A stretch of DNA of 32,000 bases, taken from NCBI GenBank assembly GCA_000166095.1, contig CP002278.1:630001-662000 (forward strand). The letters run 5' to 3'. This stretch comes from Methanothermus fervidus DSM 2088 (GTDB lineage: Archaea; Methanobacteriota; Methanobacteria; DSM-2088; Methanothermaceae). Position numbers and translations under genes: made by a program. Positions 1 through 11,602 of this stretch are shown here, piece by piece (the stretch's first letter is position 1; each line of letters opens with the position of its first letter). The notes under the pieces were generated by a model, which worked only from the letters and a program-made list of their open reading frames with translations, was not told where the DNA came from and made no database searches.

Positions 1-6
1 TCTTAA

Positions 7-432
7 TTACCTCACTGGTTTTTCTTTTCTACCTCTAACTAATTCTTGCAATGAAACTCCATTGACTTTAACGACTTTCCATCTTACTCCAGGTATATCA
101 CCCATCGCTCTTCCTTCTGGTCCTCCTATTCCTTCCACTATCACCTCATCATGTTCATCTATGTAATTGATAGCACCGTCACCTGGAGCAAAAGCTGTTA
201 TTTGTTTTCCATTTTTGATTAGCTGCACTCTTACACATTTCCTAATAGCTGAGTTTGGCTGTTTTGCTTCAATTCCTACTTTTTCGATGACAATGCCTCT
301 TGCTTGAGGTGCCCCCTCTAAAGGATCTGCTTTAACATCTAAACGTAACATCCTTCTCTTATAATGTTTATCTTTCCATCTAAATTTTTTTCTGTTTGCT
401 TTGAGTTTTCTGGCTGCAAATAGCCCTGGCAT
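7..432 (-). CDS. rps12: 30S ribosomal protein S12 (uS12)
   Basis: 141-aa ORF with the archaeal S12 core (...[20 protein letters not shown]...). SD AGGAGG lies just upstream of the ATG and overlaps the nusA stop. Sits in the conserved position after nusA. Confidence 0.95.
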   Translation of the reverse strand: MPGLFAARKLKANRKKFRWKDKHYKRRMLRLDVKADPLEGAPQARGIVIEKVGIEAKQPNSAIRKCVRVQLIKNGKQITAFAPGDGAINYIDEHDEVIVEGIGGPEGRAMGDIPGVRWKVVKVNGVSLQELVRGRKEKPVR

Positions 433-443
433 TTTTACTCCTC

Positions 444-875
444 CTATTTCACTATTATGTTACTTATGTTGTGATGTCTCTTTGCCAGTATTTTAGCTCT
501 TTTAATATTTTGGCCACCTTTACCTATTATAATTCTTTTGTTTCTTGCATCGGCCTTAACTGTAGCTATTTTTTCACCATTTTCTTTTTGTAAAATTCTT
601 ATACTTTTTAATTTAGCGGGAGATAAGATGTTTGAAATAAATTCCACTGGATCGTCAGAATGTTCTAAAACTTCGACACCTTTATCTAAGGTTTTCCTAA
701 CTTTAGCTATAGTACTACCTCTTCTACCTATTGCTAATCCCATATCTCCTTTTTTTACTAAAAACGTTACTTTTCCACGTTTTTCATCTATAATACAATC
801 TTTTACTGCAGCACCAGTTAGGCTTTCAAACAAGGCTATATATCTTATTTCATCTGTTGTGAATTTTATTGTCAC
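444..875 (-). CDS. nusA: Archaeal NusA-like transcription factor (two KH domains)
   Basis: 143-aa ORF with GxxG-type KH motifs ([16 protein letters not shown]). Canonical location between L30e and S12. Confidence 0.85.
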   Translation of the reverse strand: MTIKFTTDEIRYIALFESLTGAAVKDCIIDEKRGKVTFLVKKGDMGLAIGRRGSTIAKVRKTLDKGVEVLEHSDDPVEFISNILSPAKLKSIRILQKENGEKIATVKADARNKRIIIGKGGQNIKRAKILAKRHHNISNIIVK

Positions 876-879
876 GTGT

Positions 880-1176
880 TTACCCCACCATTTCTAGTAT
901 TGGTGAATCACCAGGATCTTTAATAAGTAAAGCTGCAACAGTAAATGGTTTACCACATACAGCACCTAACTTTACACTACTTCCATTATATATGTATACA
1001 GGTATATTTGAAAGTTTTGCATAATATTTTACATCTTCCATGATTTCATCTGGTGCATTTTTAGCAACTATAACTAATTTACCTTTACCTAATTTTAAGT
1101 TTCTTATTGTTTCCTTAGATCCTAATATCACTTTTCCTGTATCTACCGCCATTCTTATGGATTTTTCGACGTCCAT
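880..1176 (-). CDS. rpl30e: 50S ribosomal protein L30e (eL30)
   Basis: 98-aa ORF of the L30e/L7Ae fold type ([11 protein letters not shown]..., [13 protein letters not shown]). Its start abuts the rpoA2 stop, the typical position in the rpo operon. Confidence 0.9.
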   Translation of the reverse strand: MDVEKSIRMAVDTGKVILGSKETIRNLKLGKGKLVIVAKNAPDEIMEDVKYYAKLSNIPVYIYNGSSVKLGAVCGKPFTVAALLIKDPGDSPILEMVG

Positions 1177-2334
1177 TTATTTCCTCCTTCCATAATTCTT
1201 TTTCATTACTACTTTAATAGATCCTGTACCTAATGGTATAGGTTGCCCAACAATTACATTTTCAGTTATACCTGCAAGACGGTCCTTTTCTCCCCGCATA
1301 CTTGCTTGAAGTAGATGTTTACTAGTTTCCTCAAATGCAGCTCTTGCAAGTACACTTGCTTTTTCACCACTCACACCATGTCTACCAATTGGTTTAATAG
1401 TGCCGTCTGATGTCATTAAATCTGCCACTAACATTATATGTCTAATATCCACAGTTAAACCTTGTTCCTCTAGTGTGTTCTTTGCTTCCCTTATTATTGC
1501 ATTTCTTGCAGCTTCAATTCCCAATACTTTCTCAATTTCATGTATGTCATTTGTGGTTGTTCTAGTTTTGTCCACGCCATCCATTTTCAAAATTTTAGAA
1601 AGATTAGATCCCTCAGTAACTACTACAAATTCATCTTCTTCTTTTCTTATAACTGCCTTAGTAATATCTTTTATACCGCTTACATGTAATTTTCTAACTT
1701 TATCTGCAAGTAATCTTAAACTTCTTATTGTAGCTTGTCTGGGCTTAAATTTCAATTTATTTCCATTTATTTCTACATCTTTAAATGTCTTTTTTATTTT
1801 TTCCATTATTTTTTTATAATCTAATCCTCTATCTTTTATTTTTTCTTCATCTATTTCTGCATTTACACACATTTCAATATAATCAACACTAAAGTTCTTT
1901 AATACATCCTCAAGGTTTGTTCTGATAATATTGTTACTGAAATTCTTTACAAATTCTTCATCATTTTTCTTATCATCTTCAAAATAAATTGTCATTATAG
2001 GTGTTGATATTTTTTTTCTGGCATCAACAATTTCTATCAATCTAGGGAGACCAAGGGTCACATTAACTTCAGCTACTCCTGCATAATGAAACGTACGCAT
2101 TGTCATTTGTGTTCCAGGTTCTCCAATAGATTGTGCAGCAACCGTACCTACTGCTTCACCTTCCTCAACTTGTGCATTTTTGTATCGTTCTTTGGTTTTT
2201 TCTATAAATTCATCGATTTCTTCTCCTTCCAGTTCATATTTCTTTATTGTTTCTATCATATCATTTATGAGCTTTTCTGGAAGTTCATCGCTGCACTTTT
2301 CCTTAACAATTTCCTCGATGTCCAAAATAATCAC
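1177..2334 (-). CDS. rpoA2: DNA-directed RNA polymerase subunit A'' (Rpo1C)
   Basis: 385-aa ORF with the trigger-loop region ([29 protein letters not shown]). Directly follows rpoA1 with zero spacer. Confidence 0.95.
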   Translation of the reverse strand: MIILDIEEIVKEKCSDELPEKLINDMIETIKKYELEGEEIDEFIEKTKERYKNAQVEEGEAVGTVAAQSIGEPGTQMTMRTFHYAGVAEVNVTLGLPRLIEIVDARKKISTPIMTIYFEDDKKNDEEFVKNFSNNIIRTNLEDVLKNFSVDYIEMCVNAEIDEEKIKDRGLDYKKIMEKIKKTFKDVEINGNKLKFKPRQATIRSLRLLADKVRKLHVSGIKDITKAVIRKEEDEFVVVTEGSNLSKILKMDGVDKTRTTTNDIHEIEKVLGIEAARNAIIREAKNTLEEQGLTVDIRHIMLVADLMTSDGTIKPIGRHGVSGEKASVLARAAFEETSKHLLQASMRGEKDRLAGITENVIVGQPIPLGTGSIKVVMKKNYGRRK

Positions 2335-4947
2335 CTATTTCCCTGCTTTTAATCTAATTTCTTCTGCTAATCTGTCTAGGTCAACGGCCTTTTCATAATC
2401 ACTTTTGGCAGGGTCAACACCATCCTCACCATATTTTCTTTGTATCAATGTTCCACTGCTATCAACGACTTTTCCATTCCTTTCAACGTGTAAATCCTGT
2501 AAGGCATTTATGAGTCTTCTTTGCATGTATCCGCTCTGTGCAGTACGAATTGCAGTGTCTACTAATCCTTCCCTACCTCCCATTGCATGGAAGAAGAATT
2601 CAAGTGGATCAAGACCTTTCCTATAACTGTTATAAACAAAACCTCTTGCCCTGGCACCCATGTCCCCTTTCTTAAAGTGAGGCAATGTTCTTCCATAATA
2701 TCCTCTTTGTACTCGTTCTCCACGGATTGATTGTTGTCCAACACATGCACTCATTTGAGTTAAATTAAGCATTGACCCTCTTGCACCTGTTAATGCCATT
2801 ATCATTGCATGATTTTCATCCATGTCAAGATAACTTTCAGCTATTTCACCTGTTTTATCTCTTGCTTCTCCGAGCACTTGCATTATCCTTGTTTCAAGTG
2901 TTTCTCTCAATGTTCTACCTGGTAATGCTTCTAGTTCTCCATTTTCGTAAGCTTTAATGAGCTGATTAACTTTTTCTTCACTTTTCTTAAGATGTTCCTT
3001 AATTTTTTCTTTGGCTTCTTTAGGTATATCTTCATCTCTTAAACTTGTTGTAAATCCTTTTTTCATTATAACTGCTATGGCTAACTTTGTCACTGCATTT
3101 AAAAACTCACAAGCTTTGTCAGGTCCATATTCTTTCACAATTCTATCTAATATTTTACCTGAAAATGCTCCTATTCCTTTCTCGTCTATAACTCCTGATT
3201 TTAATTCACCATTCTCAATAAGTACATAGGCATCATTTTCACAATTTTTCATTTTACAATCAGGACAATTTTTACATATCTCTGCCCTATATACTAAGTT
3301 TAAGTCATCAGGTAATAAAACACTAAATATTTCTTTTCCTGTCCAATCCCTACCTTTTTTCTTAGGTAATGGAACACCTGCCCTCATTAACATTTGGAAT
3401 ACTTCATCTTCACTAAATTTTGTTCCTTTCTTTGTTAAAAGATAGGCACCGGAAATATGATCGTGAATTGCTCCAATAATTGGTCCGCCAAATCTTGGAG
3501 ATAGTATATGTTCTTGAACCTTCATGAGTGTTTTGGCTTCTGCTTGAGCTTCTTCTGTTTGTAAAACATGTAAATTCATCTCATCTCCATCAAAATCAGC
3601 ATTATATGGTGGACATACACATAAATTCAACCTGAAAGTTTTATATGGCAGCACCTTAACTTCGTGGGCCATCATTGACATTCTGTGAAGTGATGGTTGC
3701 CGGTTAAATAAAACTATATCTCCATCTTTTAGATGTCTCTCTACAATATACCCTGGCTTTAGTTGTTCAAGTATTGCTTCTTTATTTTCTTCGTATATTT
3801 TTATTTTTCGGCCATCTGGTCTTATGACATAATTAGCTCCAGGATGTTTATCAGGACCATTTTTTATGTATTTTTTGACTTCCTCTATATTCCATTCATT
3901 TACCCGGACAGGAACCGTTAATTCTTTTGCAATTATTTCTGGAACTCCAACTTCATTTATACTTAGGTTTGGATCTGGAGATATAACAGTTCTAGCTGAA
4001 AAATTAACTCTTTTTCCTGATAAATTACCTCTAAATCTTCCCTCTTTACCTTTTAGTCTTTGCATCAACGTACGCAATGGCCTACCTGATCTATGTCTAG
4101 CAGGTGGTACGCCTGAAGCTTCATTATTGAAATATGTTACAACATGATATTGAAGTAATTCCCACAAATCTTCAATAATAAGTTCTGGAGCTCCAGCTTC
4201 CATATTTTCCCTTAATCTTTCATTAATTCTCAATATATCAACTAACTTATGTGTGAGGTCATCTTCAGATCTTTCACCAGTTTCTAATGTTATAGATGGT
4301 CTCATCGTAACAGGAGGGACTGGTATAACTGTTAAAACCATATATTCTGGTCGTGCTGCACTTGGGTTTATACCTAATAAATAACAATCCTCGTCTGGAA
4401 TTTTTTCAAGTCTTTCTCTTACTTCAGTAGGAGTAAGTTTATATCCATCTTCTGTTATTGTCACTGGTTTATCTAATTTTATTTCTTTCTGTTTTTCATT
4501 ACAATGAGGACATTCTTCACGTCTAGCAGTTTCATATATTTCCTTAAGTATAGGGTCTATATTCATATCTTTTTTTTCTGCTTGTTTGAGTAAATCATGG
4601 TAATGTTCTATCTCACTTTTTGTGAGTAATATCCTACCACATTTACGACAAGTTGATCTTAATATTTTATGAATTACATCTGCAAATCCCACATGTATAA
4701 CAGGTCTAGCTAATTCAATTCTACCAAAATGGCCAGGACATTGGCCTCCTCGTAATCCACATGTTTTACATCGTAAACTAGGATCTATAACACCTAGACG
4801 TGGATCCATAAGTCCTCCTTCAATCGGATAACCATCTTCATCGTAAGTATCAGGAGTATCTATTTTAACTACTGATAAATTTCTTATTTCTTCTGGAGAC
4901 ATTAATGTAAATTCTATTTCTTTAATTTTTTTCAATGTTCCAATCAC
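2335..4947 (-). CDS. rpoA1: DNA-directed RNA polymerase subunit A' (Rpo1N)
   Basis: 870-aa ORF with the catalytic motif NADFDGDEMN and N-terminal zinc-binding Cys clusters. Confidence 0.97.
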   Translation of the reverse strand: MIGTLKKIKEIEFTLMSPEEIRNLSVVKIDTPDTYDEDGYPIEGGLMDPRLGVIDPSLRCKTCGLRGGQCPGHFGRIELARPVIHVGFADVIHKILRSTCRKCGRILLTKSEIEHYHDLLKQAEKKDMNIDPILKEIYETARREECPHCNEKQKEIKLDKPVTITEDGYKLTPTEVRERLEKIPDEDCYLLGINPSAARPEYMVLTVIPVPPVTMRPSITLETGERSEDDLTHKLVDILRINERLRENMEAGAPELIIEDLWELLQYHVVTYFNNEASGVPPARHRSGRPLRTLMQRLKGKEGRFRGNLSGKRVNFSARTVISPDPNLSINEVGVPEIIAKELTVPVRVNEWNIEEVKKYIKNGPDKHPGANYVIRPDGRKIKIYEENKEAILEQLKPGYIVERHLKDGDIVLFNRQPSLHRMSMMAHEVKVLPYKTFRLNLCVCPPYNADFDGDEMNLHVLQTEEAQAEAKTLMKVQEHILSPRFGGPIIGAIHDHISGAYLLTKKGTKFSEDEVFQMLMRAGVPLPKKKGRDWTGKEIFSVLLPDDLNLVYRAEICKNCPDCKMKNCENDAYVLIENGELKSGVIDEKGIGAFSGKILDRIVKEYGPDKACEFLNAVTKLAIAVIMKKGFTTSLRDEDIPKEAKEKIKEHLKKSEEKVNQLIKAYENGELEALPGRTLRETLETRIMQVLGEARDKTGEIAESYLDMDENHAMIMALTGARGSMLNLTQMSACVGQQSIRGERVQRGYYGRTLPHFKKGDMGARARGFVYNSYRKGLDPLEFFFHAMGGREGLVDTAIRTAQSGYMQRRLINALQDLHVERNGKVVDSSGTLIQRKYGEDGVDPAKSDYEKAVDLDRLAEEIRLKAGK

Positions 4948-4963
4948 GTATTTCTCTCCCCTA

Positions 4964-6778
4964 TTAACTTTTGTCTTCTAATCTAAGTCTGGGGAAAATG
5001 CATAAACTTCTTAATTCATCTAAAAGTAATTTAAATGCATATGACATTTCAACAGGGTAAATATCAGATTTATCACCACAAAGTGGACAATAAGTTTTAT
5101 CATGTATTTTATCGTAAACTGCAAGCATTCCACATTTGTCACATACCAATGCCTCATATTTATCAGATTCGTCAAGCAATCTCTCTTTCAATGTCAATGC
5201 TGCGCCATGAGCTATTAAGCAGTCTCTTTCCATTTCACCAAATCTTAAACCACCTTCTCTTGCTCTACCTTCGGTAGGTTGTCTAGTGAGTATTTGAACA
5301 GGTCCTCTTGATCTAGCATAAACCTTATCTGCGGTCATGTGATGTAACTTCTGATAATATACTACTCCCACAAAAATCTCTGCTTCTATTTTTTCACCAG
5401 TCATTCCATTGTACATGGCTTCTAAACCTTCGCTTTCAAAACCATATTTCTTTAATACGTGTTTAATTTCTTCTTCTTTTTCACCAGTGAATGGCGTGCC
5501 ATCAATTCTTCTTCCTTCAAAACATGCTCCTTTACCTAGCAACATCTCCAACATTTGTCCTACTGACATTCGTGAAGGAATAGCATGTGGATTAATTATT
5601 AAATCAGGGACAAGCCCATCTTCAGTGAATGGCATGTCTTCCTCTGGAACTATTAATCCTATTACTCCCTTCTGCCCATGTCTTGAAGCAAATTTGTCTC
5701 CTAACTCTGGAACCCTCCCATCCCTGACTTTAACTTTCACTAATTTATTTCCTTCACTGCTTTCAGTTAATATTACTGTATCTACTACTCCCTTTTCTCC
5801 TGGACGGACAGTGACTGAGCTTTCTCTTCTTCTATCACTAACAGTGCCAAATTCATCTATTTCTCCCAAAAAGCGTGGTGGGGATGTTTTACCTATTAAG
5901 ACATCACCTTGTGAAACTTCGGTACCAGGATTTATAATACCATCTTCGTCTAAATGTCTATAACTATCCTCTGATCTATAACCTCTTATGCCTTTTTTTG
6001 GAATTTCAAACTTGTCTTCTTGTCCACCAGGATATCTTCTCTCTGATGACTCATAAGTTCTAAAGAAGAATGAACGTGCCAATCCTCTTTCAACAGCAGA
6101 TTTATTTATGATTAATGCATCTTCCATATTATAACCTTCATAGGATAAGACTGCGACAACAAAATTTTGGCCAGCTGGCATTTTGTCATATTCATTTATA
6201 TCCATAATTCTAGTTCTCACCAATGGTATTTGTGGATAAAACAATAGATGAGATCTTGTATCAGTTCTATATTTATAGTTAGATGCATAAATACCTAAAG
6301 CTTGTTTAGCCATGGCTGCTTCCATAGTATTCCTTGGTGAAGAATTGTGATTTGCATATGGAATTAATCCCGCTGATACTCCAAACATTACTGCTGGATC
6401 TATTTCTAAATGTGTATGTTCCTCTGTAAGCTCATCTTCAGATATAGCTATGTAAGCATTTTCTTCTTCCTCAGCATCCAGATATTCTATAACCCCTTCT
6501 TTTATTAAATCATTCCACGTAATTTCTCCATTTCTTAATTTTTCAATATGTTCTTTTGTTAATTTAGGTTTTCCATTCTCGACAACAATAAGTGGCCTTC
6601 TAACTCTACCAGGATCTGTAAAAATCAAAACTTCATTATTTTCTGGATGATATGCAATATTTACTTCATGGGAGATCTTTCCTTCTCTTCTTTTCTTTCT
6701 TATCTCTTCTACAAACTTTTCAGGGTCTTTACAGGTACCTACAAGTTCTCCATTTAAATATATTTTTGTCTTTTTCAT
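4964..6778 (-). CDS. rpoB1: DNA-directed RNA polymerase subunit B' (Rpo2C)
   Basis: 604-aa ORF with conserved C-terminal RpoB motifs ([23 protein letters not shown]) and a C-terminal Cys4 ribbon. Confidence 0.97.
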   Translation of the reverse strand: MKKTKIYLNGELVGTCKDPEKFVEEIRKKRREGKISHEVNIAYHPENNEVLIFTDPGRVRRPLIVVENGKPKLTKEHIEKLRNGEITWNDLIKEGVIEYLDAEEEENAYIAISEDELTEEHTHLEIDPAVMFGVSAGLIPYANHNSSPRNTMEAAMAKQALGIYASNYKYRTDTRSHLLFYPQIPLVRTRIMDINEYDKMPAGQNFVVAVLSYEGYNMEDALIINKSAVERGLARSFFFRTYESSERRYPGGQEDKFEIPKKGIRGYRSEDSYRHLDEDGIINPGTEVSQGDVLIGKTSPPRFLGEIDEFGTVSDRRRESSVTVRPGEKGVVDTVILTESSEGNKLVKVKVRDGRVPELGDKFASRHGQKGVIGLIVPEEDMPFTEDGLVPDLIINPHAIPSRMSVGQMLEMLLGKGACFEGRRIDGTPFTGEKEEEIKHVLKKYGFESEGLEAMYNGMTGEKIEAEIFVGVVYYQKLHHMTADKVYARSRGPVQILTRQPTEGRAREGGLRFGEMERDCLIAHGAALTLKERLLDESDKYEALVCDKCGMLAVYDKIHDKTYCPLCGDKSDIYPVEMSYAFKLLLDELRSLCIFPRLRLEDKS

Positions 6779-6791
6779 GTGATAGCCCTAC

Positions 6792-8333
6792 CTATATTTC
6801 TTCAACTAATTTTGAACTTTTTATGATTTTTTCGACTTCTTTTGCATCAGTTCCTTCTGAAATTCTGGCCATTAATGCTAAATTTTTAACTAACCCACAA
6901 TTTGGGCCTTCTGGTGTTTCAATTGGACAAATTCTTCCAAATTGTGTGGCATGTAAATCTCTGGCTTCAAAGTGTGGTTGACTTCTACTTAATGGTGACA
7001 CTACTCTTCTAAGATGAGATAAACTTGCTATATGATTTGTCCTGTCCAAAAGTTGGCTTACACCTACTCTGCCACCTACCCAATTTCCTGTTGCGATTGC
7101 ATGTTTTATGTTTTCTGTTAATACATCAGGTCTAACTGCTTGTCTTATAGAAGGTTTCTTACGCCTTGTTAAATTTCGTTCTATTTGATATGCCATGTCT
7201 CTGATTAGACCTGTAAATGCAACCCTGAACAAGTCCTCCATTAAATCTCCAGATGTTTTTAAGCGTTTGTTAGCATAATGGTCCTTATCATGAGGTTCTC
7301 TTTCACCAAAAACAACCTGTAATGTCATTTCAGCCATTTCACATAAATATATGGCTTTTTTGATTCTATCTTCAGGTTTAACTCCAATATGAGGTAATAA
7401 ATAATTATCTATTACATCTTCAGCTCTGCTTATTCTATATTCTTCAGCCATTCCTCCGGCAACGCGATTTCCAATATATCTTAATGCACTTTCTATTAGA
7501 TATTTTCTGTTTTCTTCTTCTGACGCTTTGTTTAATTTTTCTTTGTCTAATCTCAAGGAATCTTCCACAATTTGTAAATCATCTGCAACTATTATTTGAT
7601 AATTGAAATCTTCTGAAATATTTGTGATTATTTCTTCATCAGTTGCTAATCCTAATGCTCTCAACAACACTACAAGTGGTATTTCACCAGGAACATATGG
7701 GAAAGATACTCTAAGATAAACACCGGTTTTTCTAGGTTTTTTGTATTCTAAGGTTAATCTTGACCTAAAACCTTTTCTAACAGAAGTCACAACTGATTTT
7801 ACTCTTTCTTTTTCTTCATCTTTTTCAATTATAACTTTATTTGGAGCTATCTCTTCTATACTTACCAAAACTCTTTCAGATCCGTTTATGATGAAATATC
7901 CACCAGGATCGTTTGGATCTTCACCGACTTCTATTAATTCCTTCTTACTTAAACCATTTAAATGGCAAATATCAGATTTTAACATTACAGGTAATTCACC
8001 GATATATACTTCTTCAAACGAAGGTCTTTTCCCAGATTTACTAAGTCCCATCTCTAAAAATAGATGTGCTGCATATGTGAGATTTCTCAAACGTGCTTCC
8101 ATTGGATATATTTTACTTTTAGATCCATCAGCTTCAGTTATATATGGCTTCTCAATTTTTAATTCTCCAATCTCTATTTCGTACTCGCCCTCACCAAGTT
8201 CTGGTATTTCTACTTCATCAATTATTTTCTGTAGTCTTCGATTAACAAAATCATTGTAAGAGTCTATATGATGGTCAACCAATGAATGTTCGTCAAAAAA
8301 CGCTTCTACTAACTCCCATTTATCATTTTTCAT
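6792..8333 (-). CDS. rpoB2: DNA-directed RNA polymerase subunit B'' (Rpo2N)
   Basis: 513-aa ORF matching the N-terminal half of RpoB (...FIINGSERV..., ...RDLHATQFGRICPIETPEGPNCGLVKNLA). The split B''/B' arrangement is normal for methanogens. Confidence 0.95.
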   Translation of the reverse strand: MKNDKWELVEAFFDEHSLVDHHIDSYNDFVNRRLQKIIDEVEIPELGEGEYEIEIGELKIEKPYITEADGSKSKIYPMEARLRNLTYAAHLFLEMGLSKSGKRPSFEEVYIGELPVMLKSDICHLNGLSKKELIEVGEDPNDPGGYFIINGSERVLVSIEEIAPNKVIIEKDEEKERVKSVVTSVRKGFRSRLTLEYKKPRKTGVYLRVSFPYVPGEIPLVVLLRALGLATDEEIITNISEDFNYQIIVADDLQIVEDSLRLDKEKLNKASEEENRKYLIESALRYIGNRVAGGMAEEYRISRAEDVIDNYLLPHIGVKPEDRIKKAIYLCEMAEMTLQVVFGEREPHDKDHYANKRLKTSGDLMEDLFRVAFTGLIRDMAYQIERNLTRRKKPSIRQAVRPDVLTENIKHAIATGNWVGGRVGVSQLLDRTNHIASLSHLRRVVSPLSRSQPHFEARDLHATQFGRICPIETPEGPNCGLVKNLALMARISEGTDAKEVEKIIKSSKLVEEI

Positions 8334-8353
8334 AAATTTCCCCCTAGAAGAAA

Positions 8354-8593
8354 CTATCCTTCAACCACAAGCCTATATGTTACAAATTTTCCAGCAGTTG
8401 GACTTTTCCGAATTATTTTTATTATATCTCCTGCTTTTGCACCTATAACTTTTACAACAGGATCACTAGTTCTTATTTTAGGCAGTTTTTCAGCGTCAAT
8501 GTTTAAGTCTTTGAGCACTTTCTTTGCTTCAGACTTCGACAAAACAACGTGTTTGGGCACAAGTTCATGTTTTAATATATCTTTATTTACCAC
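8354..8593 (-). CDS. rpoH: DNA-directed RNA polymerase subunit H (Rpo5)
   Basis: 79-aa ORF (HELVPKH...LPKI...DPV...[14 protein letters not shown]...YRLVV). GTG start with GGAGG 7 nt upstream. First gene of the rpo string. Confidence 0.9.
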   Translation of the reverse strand: MVNKDILKHELVPKHVVLSKSEAKKVLKDLNIDAEKLPKIRTSDPVVKVIGAKAGDIIKIIRKSPTAGKFVTYRLVVEG

Positions 8594-8614
8594 ATCATAT
8601 CCTCCAAAAATTTC

Positions 8615-8623
8615 AAATAAAAA
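8615..8623 (-). terminator. Oligo-T tract (TTTTTATTT on the minus strand) just 3' of tRNA-Lys
   Basis: Minus strand reads ...CTCTCTCTTTTTATTTGAAA... right after the tRNA-Lys discriminator. Archaeal termination typically occurs at oligo-T. It lies only about 25 nt upstream of the rpoH start, so its role is ambiguous. Confidence 0.3.
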
Positions 8624-8630
8624 GAGAGAG

Positions 8631-8704
8631 CGGGCCCGACGGGATTTGAACCCGCGACTACTTGGTTAAAAGCCAAGCGCTCTACCAGACTGAGCTACGG
8701 GCCC
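8631..8704 (-). tRNA. tRNA-Lys (anticodon UUU)
   Basis: Hand-folded cloverleaf: GGGCCCG/CGGGCCC acceptor, GCTC/GAGC D stem, CTTGG-CTTTTAA-CCAAG anticodon arm, GCGGG-TTCAAAT-CCCGT T arm. No encoded CCA and no intron. Confidence 0.93.
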
Positions 8705-8709
8705 AAGTG

Positions 8710-8782
<73 letters not shown>

Positions 8783-8840
8783 AGGTGAGTAGATAAAAAC
8801 TCATGTTAGTGTCCAAATAGTTTGGTATGGTAGCCATCAA

Positions 8841-8855
8841 TATATAAATATTTCG
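8841..8855 (-). promoter_or_regulatory. BRE/TATA promoter for the tRNA-Asp/tRNA-Lys unit
   Basis: Minus strand reads CGAAA-TA-TTTATATA, a close match to the methanogen box A/BRE consensus. The TATA lies about 60 nt upstream of the mature tRNA-Asp 5' end. Confidence 0.6.
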
Positions 8856-8885
8856 GTTTTATGAATGTGTTAAAGAGATTTTTTA

Positions 8886-8960
8886 TGGGGCCACCCGGAT
8901 TTGAACCGGGGTCTCAGGCTCCCAAAGCCCAAAGGATAGACCAGGCTACCCTATGGCCCC
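8886..8960 (-). tRNA. tRNA-Pro (anticodon UGG)
   Basis: Hand-folded: GGGGCCA/TGGCCCC acceptor, TGGGC-TTTGGGA-GCCTG anticodon arm (G37), CCCGG-TTCAAAT-CCGGG T arm, 4-nt variable loop. Confidence 0.9.
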
Positions 8961-8990
8961 TTTAACTCAATTATGAAATTTAAAGTTCAA

Positions 8991-9063
<73 letters not shown>

Positions 9064-9213
9064 ACATGAAAGCTAATGGATAGATTAGATAAAACCATAT
9101 TTATATTTTTCGATTTTATAAATAATAAATAAAATTTAATTCTTAATACAATTTTTAACAACTGGAAAATTCGATGCAAAAAAATTAAGAAAACATTTTT
9201 TTAACATTATTAT

Positions 9214-10314
9214 ATGAAATTCTATGTAACATTTCCTCCAGGATTAGAAGAAGTTGTTAAACAAGAACTTCAAAATTGTTATAAAGTTAAAATAGAAAAA
9301 GCGGAAAGAGGTAGAGTTTATTTTAGAGGCAGTGAAAAATTAATACCTGATTTAAATTATTGGGGAAGATACTGGGAAAGGGTTGTATGGTTGTTACATA
9401 AAGACGAAGTTAAAGATTTAGAAGAAATATATAAAAAAGTTAGAAGTATTGATTTTTCATTCATTAAACCTAATCAATCTTTTGCAATTAGAAGTAAAAG
9501 GTTCGGAGAACATGATTTCACATCTATGGACATAGCTAGGGTTGCAGGACAGGCTGTAATTGACAGTTATTTATCATCAAAAAACAAACGTTTAGAAGTG
9601 AATTTAGATGAGCCAGACGTAATAGTAAGGGTGGAATTAATAGATAATTTATTGCTTGTTGGAATTGACACAACAGGAGATGATGGGTTACATAAAAGAG
9701 GATATAGAATATATCAACATCCAGCACCATTAAATCCAGTTATAGCAGCTTCAATGGTGAAAATTTCTTCTTGGAAAATAAATGAGACTCTTGTTGACCC
9801 TATGTGTGGAAGTGGCACAATACTTGTTGAAGCAGCATTTATAGGTAAAAATATTCCACCAGGACATCTCAGAGATTTTGCATACAAAAAATTATTTGAT
9901 ATGGAACCCACACAAAAGAAAATACGTGAAGTAGATTTAAATTTGATTGGCATAGAAAAATTTAAAAAGCATGTAGAGGGTTGTAAAAAAATTGTAAAAA
10001 ATCTAGGGTTAGATATAAAAATTTTTCAAGGTGAAGCTGAAAGAATGCATGAATATGTTGAAAATGTAGATGTGATAGTTACAAACCCACCATACGGGCT
10101 AAGAATTGGAAGAAAATATATTACAAAGAAATTATATAAAGATTTTTTAAAAGAGGCTTATAATATTCTTCCATCTCATGGTAGAATTGTTTTTATAACA
10201 CCTATGAAAAGATTTATGAGAAAAATAGCAAATAAAATTGGATATGATATTAATAAAGAAATAAAAATTGAATATGGTAAGTTACCTGCAAGTATATTTT
10301 TGCTGAAATGCTAG
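9214..10314 (+). CDS. THUMP-domain SAM-dependent RNA (tRNA guanine-N2, Trm14/RlmL-like) methyltransferase
   Basis: 366-aa ORF. N-terminal ferredoxin-like/THUMP-type region, SAM-binding DPMCGSGT motif and catalytic VTNPPYG motif (NPPY class). Confidence 0.8.
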   Translation: MKFYVTFPPGLEEVVKQELQNCYKVKIEKAERGRVYFRGSEKLIPDLNYWGRYWERVVWLLHKDEVKDLEEIYKKVRSIDFSFIKPNQSFAIRSKRFGEHDFTSMDIARVAGQAVIDSYLSSKNKRLEVNLDEPDVIVRVELIDNLLLVGIDTTGDDGLHKRGYRIYQHPAPLNPVIAASMVKISSWKINETLVDPMCGSGTILVEAAFIGKNIPPGHLRDFAYKKLFDMEPTQKKIREVDLNLIGIEKFKKHVEGCKKIVKNLGLDIKIFQGEAERMHEYVENVDVIVTNPPYGLRIGRKYITKKLYKDFLKEAYNILPSHGRIVFITPMKRFMRKIANKIGYDINKEIKIEYGKLPASIFLLKC

Positions 10315-11094
10315 GTGTTAAAATTGATACCAAAGACACATCCAAGGTACAAATCTTTGATGTTAAGAGAAAAAATAATAGATGGGTGGAAGAAAGGTAT
10401 AGTGGCAACTGCAGGATTAATAGCTCATGGAAGAGGAGAAGCTTTTGATTACATGTTAGGTGAAAAAACTACTCTTCCTGCTAAAAAAGCTATCAAAGCT
10501 GCTGCAGCATCATTGCTACTTTCAAAGAATCCAGTGATATCTGTAAATGGAAACACTGCAGCTTTATCTGCTAAAGATGTTGTAAAATTAGCAGAAGTAA
10601 TAGGTGGAAAAATAGAAGTTAATTTATTCCATAGAACGGTAAAAAGAGCTAGAAAAATAAAAAAAATATTAATGAAGGCAGGAGCTAAGGAAGTACTTGG
10701 AATAGATGAAAAACTAAAACACATTGACGTTGATAGTAATAGATCTACTGCAAGTCCTCATGGTATATATAATGCAGATACAGTTTTAGTGCCTTTAGAA
10801 GATGGAGATAGAACTGAAGCATTGGTTAAAAGTGGAAAAACTGTAATAGCTATAGATTTAAATCCTCTTTCCAGAACTTCACAAACAGCAACGATAAGCA
10901 TAGTTGATAATATAGTTCGTGCACTACCAAAATTATATGAAGAAGTTGTAAAATTAAAAAATAAAAATAAAGAAGAATTAAAAGAAATCATTGAAAAGTT
11001 CGATAACAAAAAAAATCTAGAGGAGGTGCTTAAGTTAATTGAAATTGAGAGATATAAAAGTCATAGGAGTAGTAGGACTTCCAGGAGCAGGTAA
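10315..11094 (+). CDS. 4-phosphopantoate--beta-alanine ligase (archaeal phosphopantothenate synthetase, COG1701 family)
   Basis: 259-aa ORF. The N-terminal IPKTHPRY...[19 protein letters not shown] signature matches what I recall for archaeal PPS. GTG start immediately after the upstream stop. The last 56 nt overlap the next gene. Confidence 0.75.
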   Translation: MLKLIPKTHPRYKSLMLREKIIDGWKKGIVATAGLIAHGRGEAFDYMLGEKTTLPAKKAIKAAAASLLLSKNPVISVNGNTAALSAKDVVKLAEVIGGKIEVNLFHRTVKRARKIKKILMKAGAKEVLGIDEKLKHIDVDSNRSTASPHGIYNADTVLVPLEDGDRTEALVKSGKTVIAIDLNPLSRTSQTATISIVDNIVRALPKLYEEVVKLKNKNKEELKEIIEKFDNKKNLEEVLKLIEIERYKSHRSSRTSRSR

Positions 11095-11602
11095 GGGTGT
11101 TGTATCGCACATAGCTGAAGACTATGGAATCAAGGTTGTAAGAATGGGGGATGTTATTAGAGAAGAAGCAAAAAAGATGAATGAGAGTTTGGGAACAGCA
11201 TCTATAAAATTAAGAGAAAAATATGGGAAAAACGTTGTAGCTGAAATTTGTATTGAAAAAATAAAGGAACATTATTCTAGACATGGTAATGGTGTTTATC
11301 TTGTGGAAGGTGTGAGAAGTCCTGCAGAAGTTAAAACCTTTAAAAAACATTTTCCAAAATTTAGACTTTTATCTATTTTTGCAACGCCTAAAACAAGGTT
11401 TAAACGTTTAAAGAAAAGAAATAGAGCCGATGATGCTGATAAATTCTCAAAATTTGAAAAAAGGGATAAAAGAGAGTTAGAATTTGGAATAGGCAGTGTA
11501 ATTGCAACATCTGACTATATGATAGTTAATGAAGGACCATTATGGAAATTTAGAGAACATGTGAAAAAAATTTTAGAGAAGTGGTTAGACGATGAATGGT
11601 GA
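11039..11602 (+). CDS. UPF0200-family P-loop nucleotide kinase-like protein (adenylate/dephospho-CoA kinase fold)
   Basis: 187-aa ORF with Walker A GLPGAGKG directly after the N-terminal beta strand KVIGVVG. TTG start preceded by AGGAGGTG about 10 nt upstream. Confidence 0.7.
   Translation: MKLRDIKVIGVVGLPGAGKGVVSHIAEDYGIKVVRMGDVIREEAKKMNESLGTASIKLREKYGKNVVAEICIEKIKEHYSRHGNGVYLVEGVRSPAEVKTFKKHFPKFRLLSIFATPKTRFKRLKKRNRADDADKFSKFEKRDKRELEFGIGSVIATSDYMIVNEGPLWKFREHVKKILEKWLDDEW

Noticed and set aside
2335-4947. Checked the large RNAP subunits for inteins or insertions.
   Set aside because: The lengths (870, 385, 604 and 513 aa) are ordinary for archaeal A', A'', B' and B''. No intein-type block or interruption of conserved motifs was seen.
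4964-8333. rpoB split into two ORFs. I considered a frameshift, pseudogene or assembly error.
   Set aside because: The split into B'' (N-terminal) and B' (C-terminal) is the normal state in methanogens and halophiles. Both ORFs are full length with their own starts and a 13-nt spacer.
9064-9213. 150-nt AT-rich divergent region with several TATA-like strings (TTTATATT near 9099-9106, TTTATAAA on the minus strand near 9114-9121).
   Set aside because: Promoters for tRNA-Thr/Pro (minus strand) and the THUMP methyltransferase (plus strand) almost certainly lie here. In DNA this AT-rich I cannot assign box, BRE and orientation with confidence, so no coordinates are called.
11039-11094. The 56-nt PPS/UPF0200 overlap was considered as evidence for a frameshift or a fused gene.
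   Set aside because: Both reading frames are intact. The downstream gene has a strong SD and needs this N-terminus for its P-loop strand. Treated as a genuine overlap and reported as a finding rather than as a pseudogene.
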